From the NCBI GenBank assembly GCA_030646915.1, contig JAUSKT010000001.1:1-63434 (forward strand): a DNA stretch of 63,434 nt. Reading direction: 5' to 3'. A program made the translations under genes and the position numbers. The notes under the pieces were generated by a model. That model had not been told where the DNA came from, ran no database searches, and worked only from the letters and a program-made list of their open reading frames with translations. This DNA comes from a bacterium (GTDB lineage: Bacteria; Patescibacteriota; Minisyncoccia; UBA6257; 02-FULL-45-10c). This document shows, piece by piece, positions 23,157 through 31,379 of the stretch (position 1 is its first letter; every line of letters starts with the position of its first letter).

Positions 23157-24164
23157 TTAAAGTTCTTTGACGTTAATTTTAAGATTTTTCCATCTTGCTG
23201 ATTCAAATTGCTTATTCGTTAAAATTCCTTCCGTGGCGCCCGCTTGTTCCACCACTGAAGTGGCATTGGCAGAAGCAAGGCGAATAGCATATGAAATAAC
23301 TTCCTTTTGACTTTTGATTTTTGATTTTTGACTTTTCAGAAGTCCGGCCACAAATCCAGAACCAAAAGCGTCACCGGCGCCAGTCCGATCCACGACTTTC
23401 TGTTCTTTAAAAATTCCGGCTTTATATAAATATTCTCCGTCTGAAACCGTAACGCCATTTGGGCCATCGGTGACCGCCACAATACCCGGCATCAATTTAT
23501 CCAATTTTTTAAAAACCGCTTTTTCATTTTTAAAAGGTATGCCGACTAAATCTGCCGCTTCGCTTTCATTTAAAACCAAAAAGGAAATATCTTTAAGCGA
23601 AGACAGGATTTCGTTTCTTTTATGCTTAATATGGTGCCCGCTCGGATTAAAAGCGACTTTAATATTATTTTTTTTAGCAAAGTTAAGCAGGGGCTTTAAA
23701 AATTTATCAGACTCGCCGGCTAAAGATAAATACCACCATTTTGCTTTTAAATTTTTCCAAGGTATATCTCGCAATCGCATAGTATCCGAAGCGCCATGAT
23801 AACCCAAAATAGTCCTTTCTCCTTTTTCTAAAAGCAAAACTGAATAAGCTGTAGGCCTATTTTTTGAAACCGTGAAAAGCGGCCGGACTTTTTCTTTTTT
23901 TAATTTTTCCGCAATTTCCTTGCCCGACAAATCATCACCCACTTTTCCAAAACAAGCAGTCTTAAATCCTTGCCGGGCAAAAGTAACACTGGCATTAGCC
24001 GAATTCCCGCCAATAGTGGAATAAACTTTTTTAACTTCCAATTTTTCCCCGAAAGGCAAAAAAATCGCTTTGCCGGAAGGCGCCGTAGGGCTTTTTACAA
24101 TCGGAAAATCCCCTTCCAAAAAATTATCTCTGGTAATAGAACCAATAGTAATTACATCAAACAT
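23157..24164 (-). CDS. PfkB-family carbohydrate kinase (ribokinase-like fold)
   Basis: ...GGNSANA... and DRTGAGDAFGSGFVAG (PfkB signature 2). Confidence 0.85.
   Translation of the reverse strand: MFDVITIGSITRDNFLEGDFPIVKSPTAPSGKAIFLPFGEKLEVKKVYSTIGGNSANASVTFARQGFKTACFGKVGDDLSGKEIAEKLKKEKVRPLFTVSKNRPTAYSVLLLEKGERTILGYHGASDTMRLRDIPWKNLKAKWWYLSLAGESDKFLKPLLNFAKKNNIKVAFNPSGHHIKHKRNEILSSLKDISFLVLNESEAADLVGIPFKNEKAVFKKLDKLMPGIVAVTDGPNGVTVSDGEYLYKAGIFKEQKVVDRTGAGDAFGSGFVAGLLKSQKSKIKSQKEVISYAIRLASANATSVVEQAGATEGILTNKQFESARWKNLKINVKEL
23305..23339. repeat. Heptanucleotide tandem repeat (TTTTGAC/TTTTGAT x5) inside the kinase CDS
   Basis: Read directly. Encodes LKSQKSKIKSQK. Confidence 0.85.
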
Positions 24165-24238
24165 AAATTAATTATATCACCTTGCGCTTCTCTCTCTAAA
24201 TTACTAAAATTAAAGCAGTTCATCTATAACAAAAAGCA

Positions 24239-24817
24239 ATGATTGTAGCTCTGACTGGCGCCTCCGGAACCGGAAAAGACACTATTTTTGAATTATTAAA
24301 GAAAGATAATCCTAATTTAAAATTTGTAGAAAGCATAACTACCAGAGAAAAACGATCCAGCGATCGCCCTGGGGCATATAGATATGTAGATATTAAAGAA
24401 TTTGAAAAGTTAAAAAGAGAAGATAAATTCGTATGGCACGTTGGCGAACATAATAATTCTTACGGAACTTTGAAAGAATCCCTTCAAGAAGCCATCGAGT
24501 CCAAGGAAATTTTCTTTATGATTTTAGTTCCAAAAAGCGTTAAACTTTTATTCAATATCAGTAAAGGAAAAATTATCCCTTTTTATATCATTTCCCCGGG
24601 AAAAAAAGAATTGATTGGGAGATTAAAAAATCGCGGCGACAAAGATATAGAAAAAAGGATTGCCGATTGTCTGCTTTGGGACAAAGAAGCTTATCTTGCG
24701 GCAACGTTCGGCGAAATTCCCTACAACTTTATTGCTAATGACTTTCATCCGCCGGAAAAATTAGCCATACCGAATATCAAAAAAATCCTGGAATTAAAAT
24801 ACAAAATCTCGATCTAA
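24239..24817 (+). CDS. Guanylate-kinase-like P-loop NMP kinase
   Basis: ALTGASGTGKDT...ITTREKRSSDRPGAYRYV...NNSYGT. Confidence 0.65.
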   Translation: MIVALTGASGTGKDTIFELLKKDNPNLKFVESITTREKRSSDRPGAYRYVDIKEFEKLKREDKFVWHVGEHNNSYGTLKESLQEAIESKEIFFMILVPKSVKLLFNISKGKIIPFYIISPGKKELIGRLKNRGDKDIEKRIADCLLWDKEAYLAATFGEIPYNFIANDFHPPEKLAIPNIKKILELKYKISI

Positions 24818-24832
24818 GATCGAGATTTTTTA

Positions 24833-25426
24833 TTACATTCCGGTTATCAGAGAATAAAATAACTGGACTAACGGAAAAATCGGGAGGTATGGCAAGAGTA
24901 CTAAAAGAATAATTAAGAACATAAAAGCATTAGTTTCAAAAAAATATCTCATATCATCAGGAAGCCAAACTCCCCAGATTCTCCAGCCATCAAGCGGAGG
25001 TATCGGCATTAAATTAAAGACTGCTAATAAAAGATTGATTCTCACCATTAAACTTAAAAGTATCATTAAATTCAAATTCAGATCACTGCCAAAAAATCTT
25101 AAGATTAATCCGAAAACCATCGCAATTCCAAAATTTACCAATACGCCAGCGAGGCTTACGCAAATTTCTTCTTTTCTGGAAAGAAAATTGAAATTAACCG
25201 GAACCGGTTTTGCCCAGCCAAAAATTGGAGCGCCGGATAAAATACAGAATGCCGGAAGTAAAATTGATCCGAATAAATCAAGGTGCGGAATTGGATTTAA
25301 TGTGAGGCGCCCCTCATCTTTAGCGGTAGAATCTCCAAAATAAAGCGCTGCTGCGCCATGAGCGATTTCATGCAAGATTACCGAATATAAAAGTACAGCT
25401 ATTGTTAATAGCGTACCTAGCAACAT
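24833..25426 (-). CDS. Site-2 protease family (M50) membrane metalloprotease
   Basis: ILHEIAHGAAA (HExxH in TM1) and LNLMPIPPLDG. SD-like GGGAGGA upstream. Confidence 0.8.
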   Translation of the reverse strand: MLLGTLLTIAVLLYSVILHEIAHGAAALYFGDSTAKDEGRLTLNPIPHLDLFGSILLPAFCILSGAPIFGWAKPVPVNFNFLSRKEEICVSLAGVLVNFGIAMVFGLILRFFGSDLNLNLMILLSLMVRINLLLAVFNLMPIPPLDGWRIWGVWLPDDMRYFFETNAFMFLIILLVLLPYLPIFPLVQLFYSLITGM

Positions 25427-25486
25427 CCATCCTCCCTATTATTAAAAAACTAAAGTAATAGTAAGCTCTTTTTTAAGATAGGTCAA

Positions 25487-26497
25487 TTATTTTCTTTTTA
25501 TAACTTTCTTAACTGCCTCCTTTATATCTTTCACGCCCATTCCATATTTTTCAATTAAATCTTTTGGCGGACCAGATTCACCGAAAATATTTTGCATACC
25601 AATGAATTCTATCGGCGTCGGCAAATTTTTTCCTAACAATTCTGCCACTGCTCCGCCCAGCCCTCCCATAACTTGATGCTCTTCAACCGTTACCACTGCT
25701 CCGCACTCTCCAACTAATTCCAAAATTTTCTTTTCATCTAATGGCTTAATAGTATGGCAATTAACAACGCAAACTCCAATACCTTCAGCATCTAGTTCTT
25801 TGGCTGCAAGAAGCGCGTAATGGACTAAAGAGCCACAGCCAATAATTACTGCTTCCGGTTTTTTGGCTTTATCTTTTTTAGGATTCGGCTCCCAGAAAAT
25901 CTCAACTTTACCTGGTCGGAAAGGAGTTTCTTCGGTAGTAAAAACCGGCATTTTTTCCCTGCCAAATCTTAAATAAACCGGTCCCCAAATTTTCGCCGCG
26001 GCCAATGTAGCTTTTCTCGCTTCATTTGCATCGCACGGCACAAAAACTTTCATATTCGCCATTACCCGCATCGTCGCAATATCTTCAATTGCCTGATGAG
26101 TCGCGCCGTCCGGGCCTACAGAAATTCCGGCATGAGCGCCGGCAATTTTTACATTAGCGTCATTATAAGAAATCGTAGTTCGAATCTGCTCCCAATTTCT
26201 ACCAGGAGAAAAAGTCGCGTAAGAAGAAATAAAAGGAATTTTTCCGCTTACTCCTAACCCCGATGCAATAGTGGCCAAATTTTGTTCTGCCACACCAACT
26301 TCAAAAAACCTTTCTGGAAATTTTTTGGAAAAAGCTTCCGAGCGGGTGGATTCAGTAAGATCAGCGCATAAAACTACTACATTAGGATCCTGCTCTCCTG
26401 CAATCACTAAACCGTCGCCATAACCATCGCGGGTCGGCTTTTGCTCAATATCCTTATCAAAAGTTTTAAGACTAAGTTTTACCCGAGAATTAAGCAT
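25487..26497 (-). CDS. Transketolase, C-terminal (pyrimidine-binding) subunit
   Basis: RDGYGDGLV...FFEVGVAEQN...GPDGATHQAIEDIA. Confidence 0.9.
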   Translation of the reverse strand: MLNSRVKLSLKTFDKDIEQKPTRDGYGDGLVIAGEQDPNVVVLCADLTESTRSEAFSKKFPERFFEVGVAEQNLATIASGLGVSGKIPFISSYATFSPGRNWEQIRTTISYNDANVKIAGAHAGISVGPDGATHQAIEDIATMRVMANMKVFVPCDANEARKATLAAAKIWGPVYLRFGREKMPVFTTEETPFRPGKVEIFWEPNPKKDKAKKPEAVIIGCGSLVHYALLAAKELDAEGIGVCVVNCHTIKPLDEKKILELVGECGAVVTVEEHQVMGGLGGAVAELLGKNLPTPIEFIGMQNIFGESGPPKDLIEKYGMGVKDIKEAVKKVIKRK

Positions 26498-26597
26498 AAA
26501 TTAAATTTTAAGCTCTAGAATTTTCGAATCCCTCGCTCACCTCCGCCAGCTGGCGGACAGCGAATGAGGGACGATGAAAATTCTCGAGAATTCTCTT

Positions 26598-26852
26598 TTA
26601 CATTCCTTCTTTTTTTCCCAGCATGCAAGTTCCGCAGCTGCCATGGCCATATCCCTTTTTACCCATAGATAAAACGCCAAGGACTAATGCATTCCAGTAC
26701 CAAGCTAATGGTTCTAATCCAAAGACTAAACCTCTTTGATAAACTGCTACCCAAGCCATAACTAAACAGGCAACAGCAGCAAGCCAAAGAGCAAAACTTA
26801 GCATTGGCCGAAAACAGCAGGACAAATGGAATTTTGTGTGTTCTTGATTCAT
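26598..26852 (-). CDS. Small two-TM membrane protein with C-terminal CGTC motif (paralog of 10486-10722), lying between the two transketolase halves
   Basis: LVMAWVAVYQRGLVFGLEPLAWYWNALVLG...GSCGTCM. The start codon is uncertain. Confidence 0.7.
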   Translation of the reverse strand: MNQEHTKFHLSCCFRPMLSFALWLAAVACLVMAWVAVYQRGLVFGLEPLAWYWNALVLGVLSMGKKGYGHGSCGTCMLGKKEGM

Positions 26853-26951
26853 TATAATTAAAATAAATTCATTATTTCCCGACCTTTTAATAATTACTTT
26901 CTATTATAACATAAATAAACTTCAACTAAACGAACCTTTCATTTACTTGAG

Positions 26952-27083
26952 AACATTGCGGAGGCAGAGTTACAAAACTTTGAGCGAGTAGTAAAAATTT
27001 CGGGATACCCAGGAATGAAATGACTAGGGTGAAATTTTTACGCCATGAGCGAATTAGTTTTGTTTCTGCCGGAGCAGCGTTTG
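26952..27083 (+). ncRNA. Candidate structured RNA / repeat element, copy 1 (antisense to the flanking genes)
   Basis: Shares ordered blocks AACATTGCGGAGGC, TCGGGATACCCAGGAA, TGACTAGGGTGA, ATGAGCGAAT and GGAGCAG with the reverse complement of 49563-49698. Two stems show compensatory changes. Confidence 0.55.
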
Positions 27084-27103
27084 AAAGGAATGAAAGGTGA
27101 GTG

Positions 27104-27970
27104 TCACTCATGTTCCGATTTAATCCGTCCTCCAAGCGTCCGTAATTCCGATAAAGCAATTTTTGCTTCTTCTTTTGTCGGCGGTTTGCCGTGCCACATG
27201 TAATCATTTTCCATAAAACTTACTCCTTTACCGGGAATAGTATGCGCAATAATTATTGTTGGCCTTTCATAAATCGCTTTTGCTTCATTAACTGCCGAAA
27301 CAAATTCCAAAATATCATGGCCATTTACTTCAATCACATGCCAGTTAAATGCTTCGTATTTTTCCCGAAGCGGTTCAAGCGGCATTACCTCTTCCGTAAA
27401 CCCGTCAATCTGGATATTATTCCGATCCATAATCACCGTCAGATTATTTAATTTGGATTTCTGCTTGCCGGCAAACATAATCGCTTCCCATGTATTTCCT
27501 TCTTGATGTTCGCCATCAGAAGTTAAGCAATAAACCCGATTTTTCTTTTTATCCAATCGCGCTGCAAGCGCCATTCCAATAGCTTGGGAAATTCCAGAAC
27601 CCAGCGGTCCTGAAGTAGTTTCAATTCCTGGTAAAGAATTCCGATGAGGATGCCCCTGGAGCCTTGAATCAAGTTTCCTGAGCGTAAAAAGTTCTTCCAT
27701 TGGAAAATATCCAGCATTAGCTAGCGTCGCATAAAGCACCGGACAAATATGGCCATTAGAAAGCACTACCCGATCCCTTTCCGGCCAGCTGGGATTTTTC
27801 GGATTATGATTTAAAATATGAAAATAAAGCGCGGTAAAAATATCCGCCATCCCAAGCGGTCCGGCAGAATGCCCGGATTTTGCTTCCACCAGCATCTCAA
27901 TAATATCCTGCCGGATCTTATTCGCCATCTCTTCCAGAAATTTTAATTTATTTTCGTGTAAATCCGCCAT
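27104..27970 (-). CDS. Transketolase, N-terminal (TPP-binding) subunit
   Basis: GHSAGPLGMADI...LSNGH...TSDGEHQEGNTWEA. Confidence 0.9.
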   Translation of the reverse strand: MADLHENKLKFLEEMANKIRQDIIEMLVEAKSGHSAGPLGMADIFTALYFHILNHNPKNPSWPERDRVVLSNGHICPVLYATLANAGYFPMEELFTLRKLDSRLQGHPHRNSLPGIETTSGPLGSGISQAIGMALAARLDKKKNRVYCLTSDGEHQEGNTWEAIMFAGKQKSKLNNLTVIMDRNNIQIDGFTEEVMPLEPLREKYEAFNWHVIEVNGHDILEFVSAVNEAKAIYERPTIIIAHTIPGKGVSFMENDYMWHGKPPTKEEAKIALSELRTLGGRIKSEHE

Positions 27971-27991
27971 TAATTTTATTATAACTTAAAA

Positions 27992-28243
27992 CTAAATATA
28001 AACATCTTTACGATGCCCAATTTTTAAAATAATAATTTTATCTTTATCTACATCAAAAATAACCCGATAATCGCCAATCCGAAAACGATATTCACCCTCG
28101 TAATAATCTGTTAATTTTTCAGCAAATTTTAACAGGTTATTTTGAGAAACATAAAAACGCATCTTCTGAGCGATGCGTTTTTGAATTAATTTTGGTAAGG
28201 CCGCTAACTGCTTTGCAGCTTTTTCGGTATAAAAAACCTGCAT
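27992..28243 (-). CDS. relE: RelE/ParE-family type II toxin
   Basis: 83 aa: ...YRFRIGDYRVIFDVDKDKIIILKIGHRKDVY. Confidence 0.8.
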   Translation of the reverse strand: MQVFYTEKAAKQLAALPKLIQKRIAQKMRFYVSQNNLLKFAEKLTDYYEGEYRFRIGDYRVIFDVDKDKIIILKIGHRKDVYI

Positions 28244-28247
28244 ATCG

Positions 28248-28439
28248 CTAAATGCCTAGTTTCTTAAAAAGCTTTTCCTGTTCCACTAAACGTCCCTTAG
28301 CCGCTTCTTTCCGCGCTTCCCGGATATCCGTTAAATATCCAAGGCGCTTCAAGGCTTTTTGAAACTGCTTTTCCATATTTTTTAACCGTTGATATTCCCC
28401 CCTGCTAATAATTATTTTATTTAGCGTTGAAACTGACAT
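28248..28439 (-). CDS. Putative cognate antitoxin (63 aa)
   Basis: Lies 4 nt upstream of the toxin. Small, helical and charged. Confidence 0.55.
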   Translation of the reverse strand: MSVSTLNKIIISRGEYQRLKNMEKQFQKALKRLGYLTDIREARKEAAKGRLVEQEKLFKKLGI

Positions 28440-28499
28440 AATTTAATTATAACAAAATTTAAATGAAAATCAAATCTCGTATTTCAATAAAAATAGAAA

Positions 28500-28531
28500 C
28501 CCCCACAGAGCCAAGCTCTGTGGGGGTTTTT
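28500..28531. terminator. G5/C5-clamped hairpin CCCCCACAGAGC-caa-GCTCTGTGGGGG plus a T-run, first of three G+C hairpins
   Basis: Read directly. Followed by GGTCC-aag-GGACC and GCCCCGC-ttc-GCGGGGC. Confidence 0.6.
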
Positions 28532-28575
28532 GCTAAGGGTCCAAGGGACCAATAGCCCCGCTTCGCGGGGCGAAG

Positions 28576-29145
28576 CTACTTGCAGACGACTAGACAATCA
28601 CCGCGGCCCCAAGTGCGGTTCAACTCGATCCATACCAAGTACCAGCGGCGGCCGAAGCGGAGGCACGGGACACGCTGGATGCCGGAGGGGTCCTCGCAGA
28701 TTGTTCCCGGAAAGACGCAGCAATATTGTCGCCATTTCTCAGGTATACGATCTGCCTTGGCAAGTAGAGCATTCGCGTGCCTCAAGCCGAACATGAAGAA
28801 ATGCGTTACTGCGCGCTTCAGCATCTCCTCGCCTTCCACTGTCTCGCCTTTCTCTAAAAACTCAGTGAGTTTCAGTGTCACGGTGCCGATCGGAATCGCG
28901 GCTTGTTTGATAACCTTCCAACCTGCGTATGGCGGCTGGAGATCGCTTATATCGGACACACCGATAGCGATCATATTAAGTCCAAGCAACTCGCGAAACT
29001 TTTCGCGATCCGTTCGGCTCGTATCCGCATCCAGCAGGTCAGACAACAGCCCGGACGCGAACAGCGCCTGGAGCTGCTTTTCCGACGGGTCTTTCTGCGA
29101 TATCAGGTTCAAGACCTGATTCGCTTGCTGCAGGGTTGGCTTCAT
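28576..29145 (-). CDS. Hypothetical protein encoded in a G+C-rich islet
   Basis: 189 aa with strikingly higher G+C than its surroundings (ORFs open on both strands). Strong SD AAAGGAGGG lies 7 nt before the ATG. Confidence 0.6.
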   Translation of the reverse strand: MKPTLQQANQVLNLISQKDPSEKQLQALFASGLLSDLLDADTSRTDREKFRELLGLNMIAIGVSDISDLQPPYAGWKVIKQAAIPIGTVTLKLTEFLEKGETVEGEEMLKRAVTHFFMFGLRHANALLAKADRIPEKWRQYCCVFPGTICEDPSGIQRVPCLRFGRRWYLVWIELNRTWGRGDCLVVCK

Positions 29146-29211
29146 ACCAATCCCTCCTTTTTGTGAAATATACGATAATCGAGCTATACCCGATTAAAAA
29201 TAATTATACCA

Positions 29212-29868
29212 CTATATATTTAATAAGTCAAGATATGCCTCTTTCGAATTTTTGCCATTCCAGATATATGAAGCCGAAACCAAAATATCCGCTCCGGATT
29301 CTTTTATCTTTGGCGCGGTTTCCAAATTCACTCCGCCATCTACTTCTATTTTAGCATTTGGAAATTTCTGCCGCAAAGCTTTAATTTTCGCCAGCTGGTC
29401 TTCTTTAAATTTCTGACCGGCAAGTCCTGGATTGACCGCCAAAATTAAAAATCCGCTGGCGTCCCCTTCATATTTGAATAAATGCTCTACTGGGGTATCC
29501 GGCTTAATCGCAATCACTAATTCCACTCCAAAAGCCACGCATTTCATTTTTATAACATCAATATCTTTTATTGATTCCGAATGAACGATAATTCTTTTAA
29601 CTTTTGCATCCAGCCATGCATCCAAAACCGCATCTGGATTCTCTACCATCAAATGAACTTCAATTTTAACATTCGGCATTTCACTTTTTACCTTTAACAA
29701 ATCCGCCGGATTCTTCCAAAGAACATTGCGGGTGAATTTTCCGTCTGCCACATCTAAATGAATCCAGACTGCCTCATCTGCAGGATCAATAACAAAATCC
29801 TGCGCCGCTTTTATTTTCTTTTTTACTTCCTTAAAATTAGTTTCATTAATGGCTGGTATAACTTTCAT
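29212..29868 (-). CDS. rpe: Ribulose-phosphate 3-epimerase
   Basis: IHLDVADGKF...HLMV...VNPGLAGQKF...VDGG. Confidence 0.9.
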   Translation of the reverse strand: MKVIPAINETNFKEVKKKIKAAQDFVIDPADEAVWIHLDVADGKFTRNVLWKNPADLLKVKSEMPNVKIEVHLMVENPDAVLDAWLDAKVKRIIVHSESIKDIDVIKMKCVAFGVELVIAIKPDTPVEHLFKYEGDASGFLILAVNPGLAGQKFKEDQLAKIKALRQKFPNAKIEVDGGVNLETAPKIKESGADILVSASYIWNGKNSKEAYLDLLNI

Positions 29869-29903
29869 ACAACAATTTTAACATGGGCAAATATATTAAG
29901 CCT

Positions 29904-30344
29904 TTATAAAATATCAATTTTCTCTAATCGTCGGCGATGCCGTTCTTCTTCGGAAAAATCTGTTTGAAGCCAGATAGTCAAAATCTTTTTTACTTCACTT
30001 TCAGTCAAAAAATCCGCTGCAATTGAAAGCACATTAGTATTATCATCATTTCGTGAAGATGCGGCTTGATCTGGAGTTGATGCCAAAACCGAACGGACAT
30101 TTTTAAAACGATTGGCAACGACATCCATCCCAACGCCCGATCCGCAAATTAAAATTCCCCTGGAATTCTCCGGATCCAGACTGATTTCTTTCGCTACCGC
30201 TTTTCCAAAATCCGGATAATCATCAGCCTGGTCAAAAACTGAATTGCCAACATCCGCTATTTCATAACCGCTTTCTTTCAAATAAATTTTTAAAGATTCT
30301 TTAAGCTTGAATCCCCTGTGATCCGAACCAATATAAATTAACAT
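29904..30344 (-). CDS. rpiB: Ribose-5-phosphate isomerase B
   Basis: IYIGSDHRGFKLKE...ILICGSGVGM. Confidence 0.9.
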   Translation of the reverse strand: MLIYIGSDHRGFKLKESLKIYLKESGYEIADVGNSVFDQADDYPDFGKAVAKEISLDPENSRGILICGSGVGMDVVANRFKNVRSVLASTPDQAASSRNDDNTNVLSIAADFLTESEVKKILTIWLQTDFSEEERHRRRLEKIDIL

Positions 30345-30348
30345 GAAT

Positions 30349-31371
30349 TTACAAATTTTCTGCCGCTTTCAAAACATGTCCCACTAAAGTCGCCACATAC
30401 CCCGCCTCATTGTCATACCAAGAAAATACTTTTACAAAATCTCCGTCTACTACTTGGGTAAATTTTAAATCTACAATCGCACCATATGGCTCGCCGATAA
30501 TATCCGAAGAAACTAATTGGTCTTCAGTAACTTTTAAAATTCCTTTCCAGCGCGGGCTTTTAGCTGCTTTGCGGAAAATATTATTTATCTCTTCCACGGA
30601 AGTTTTTCTTTTTGCTAAAAAAGTAAAATCAGCAATCGAGCCTGTAATTACCGGAACTCGCATTGCCACGCCGTCAAATTTTCCTTCCAATTCCGGCAAT
30701 GCCCGCACTACAGAAATCGCCGCTCCAGTAAAAGACGGGGAAATATTTTGGGCAGCAGCCCGACCGCGGCGGAAATCTTTTCCTTTAGTCGGGCCATCGG
30801 TTAAATTTTGCGTCGCAGTATAGCCATGGACGGTATTTAAAAAAGCTTTTTTAACTCCAACAGTTTCCAACATAATCGCCGCCAATGGCGAAGTCGCATT
30901 AGTAGTGCAAGATCCATTAGAAGTAATTTTGCATTTTTTAAACTGCTCCTCGTTTACGCCAAGTAAAACCGTTTTAGCGTCACTGCGTTCTTTGTCTTTG
31001 GCTGGCGCAGTAATCACCACTCGTTTTGCTCCGGCAGTTAAATGCATAGATGCTTTTTCAAAAGATTCAAAGAAGCCAGTTGATTCCACGGCAATATCAA
31101 TCTTTAAATTTTTCCAAGGCAGTTTAGCCGGATCCTTTTCCTGTAAAACTTTCACCGATTTTCCATCAACTAATAAATTATTGCCTCTAATTTTAATTTC
31201 AGACGAAAATTGACGATAAACAGTATCGTATTTTAAAAGATAAGCAAGGTTCTCAATATCACCCAGATCGTTAATGGCGACAATCTCCAGGTTTTTATTA
31301 TCCCAAGCCTGCCTAAAAAAGAGACGCCCTATTCTTCCAAATCCATTTATTGCAATACGCGCTTTTGCCAT
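30349..31371 (-). CDS. gap: Glyceraldehyde-3-phosphate dehydrogenase
   Basis: INGFGRIGR...SNGSCTTN...WYDNE. Confidence 0.93.
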   Translation of the reverse strand: MAKARIAINGFGRIGRLFFRQAWDNKNLEIVAINDLGDIENLAYLLKYDTVYRQFSSEIKIRGNNLLVDGKSVKVLQEKDPAKLPWKNLKIDIAVESTGFFESFEKASMHLTAGAKRVVITAPAKDKERSDAKTVLLGVNEEQFKKCKITSNGSCTTNATSPLAAIMLETVGVKKAFLNTVHGYTATQNLTDGPTKGKDFRRGRAAAQNISPSFTGAAISVVRALPELEGKFDGVAMRVPVITGSIADFTFLAKRKTSVEEINNIFRKAAKSPRWKGILKVTEDQLVSSDIIGEPYGAIVDLKFTQVVDGDFVKVFSWYDNEAGYVATLVGHVLKAAENL

Positions 31372-31379
31372 CCTTACTA

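Noticed and set aside
23156-23206. The 17-residue N-terminal extension of the 443-aa track ORF, which overlaps the kinase gene by 50 nt.
   Set aside because: The internal Met at 23155 gives a start 2 nt from the upstream stop codon, which is the usual packing in this window.
26926-27207. 93-aa minus-strand ORF.
   Set aside because: It overlaps the transketolase 3' end out of frame and spans the conserved non-coding element. The peptide is low-complexity and basic.
28530-29166. Plus-strand ORFs 28530-28796, 28580-29119 and 28903-29166.
   Set aside because: Such ORFs are expected by chance in a G+C-rich segment. The minus-strand ORF has the promoter-proximal SD and the downstream hairpins. 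Which strand is really coding still needs confirmation.
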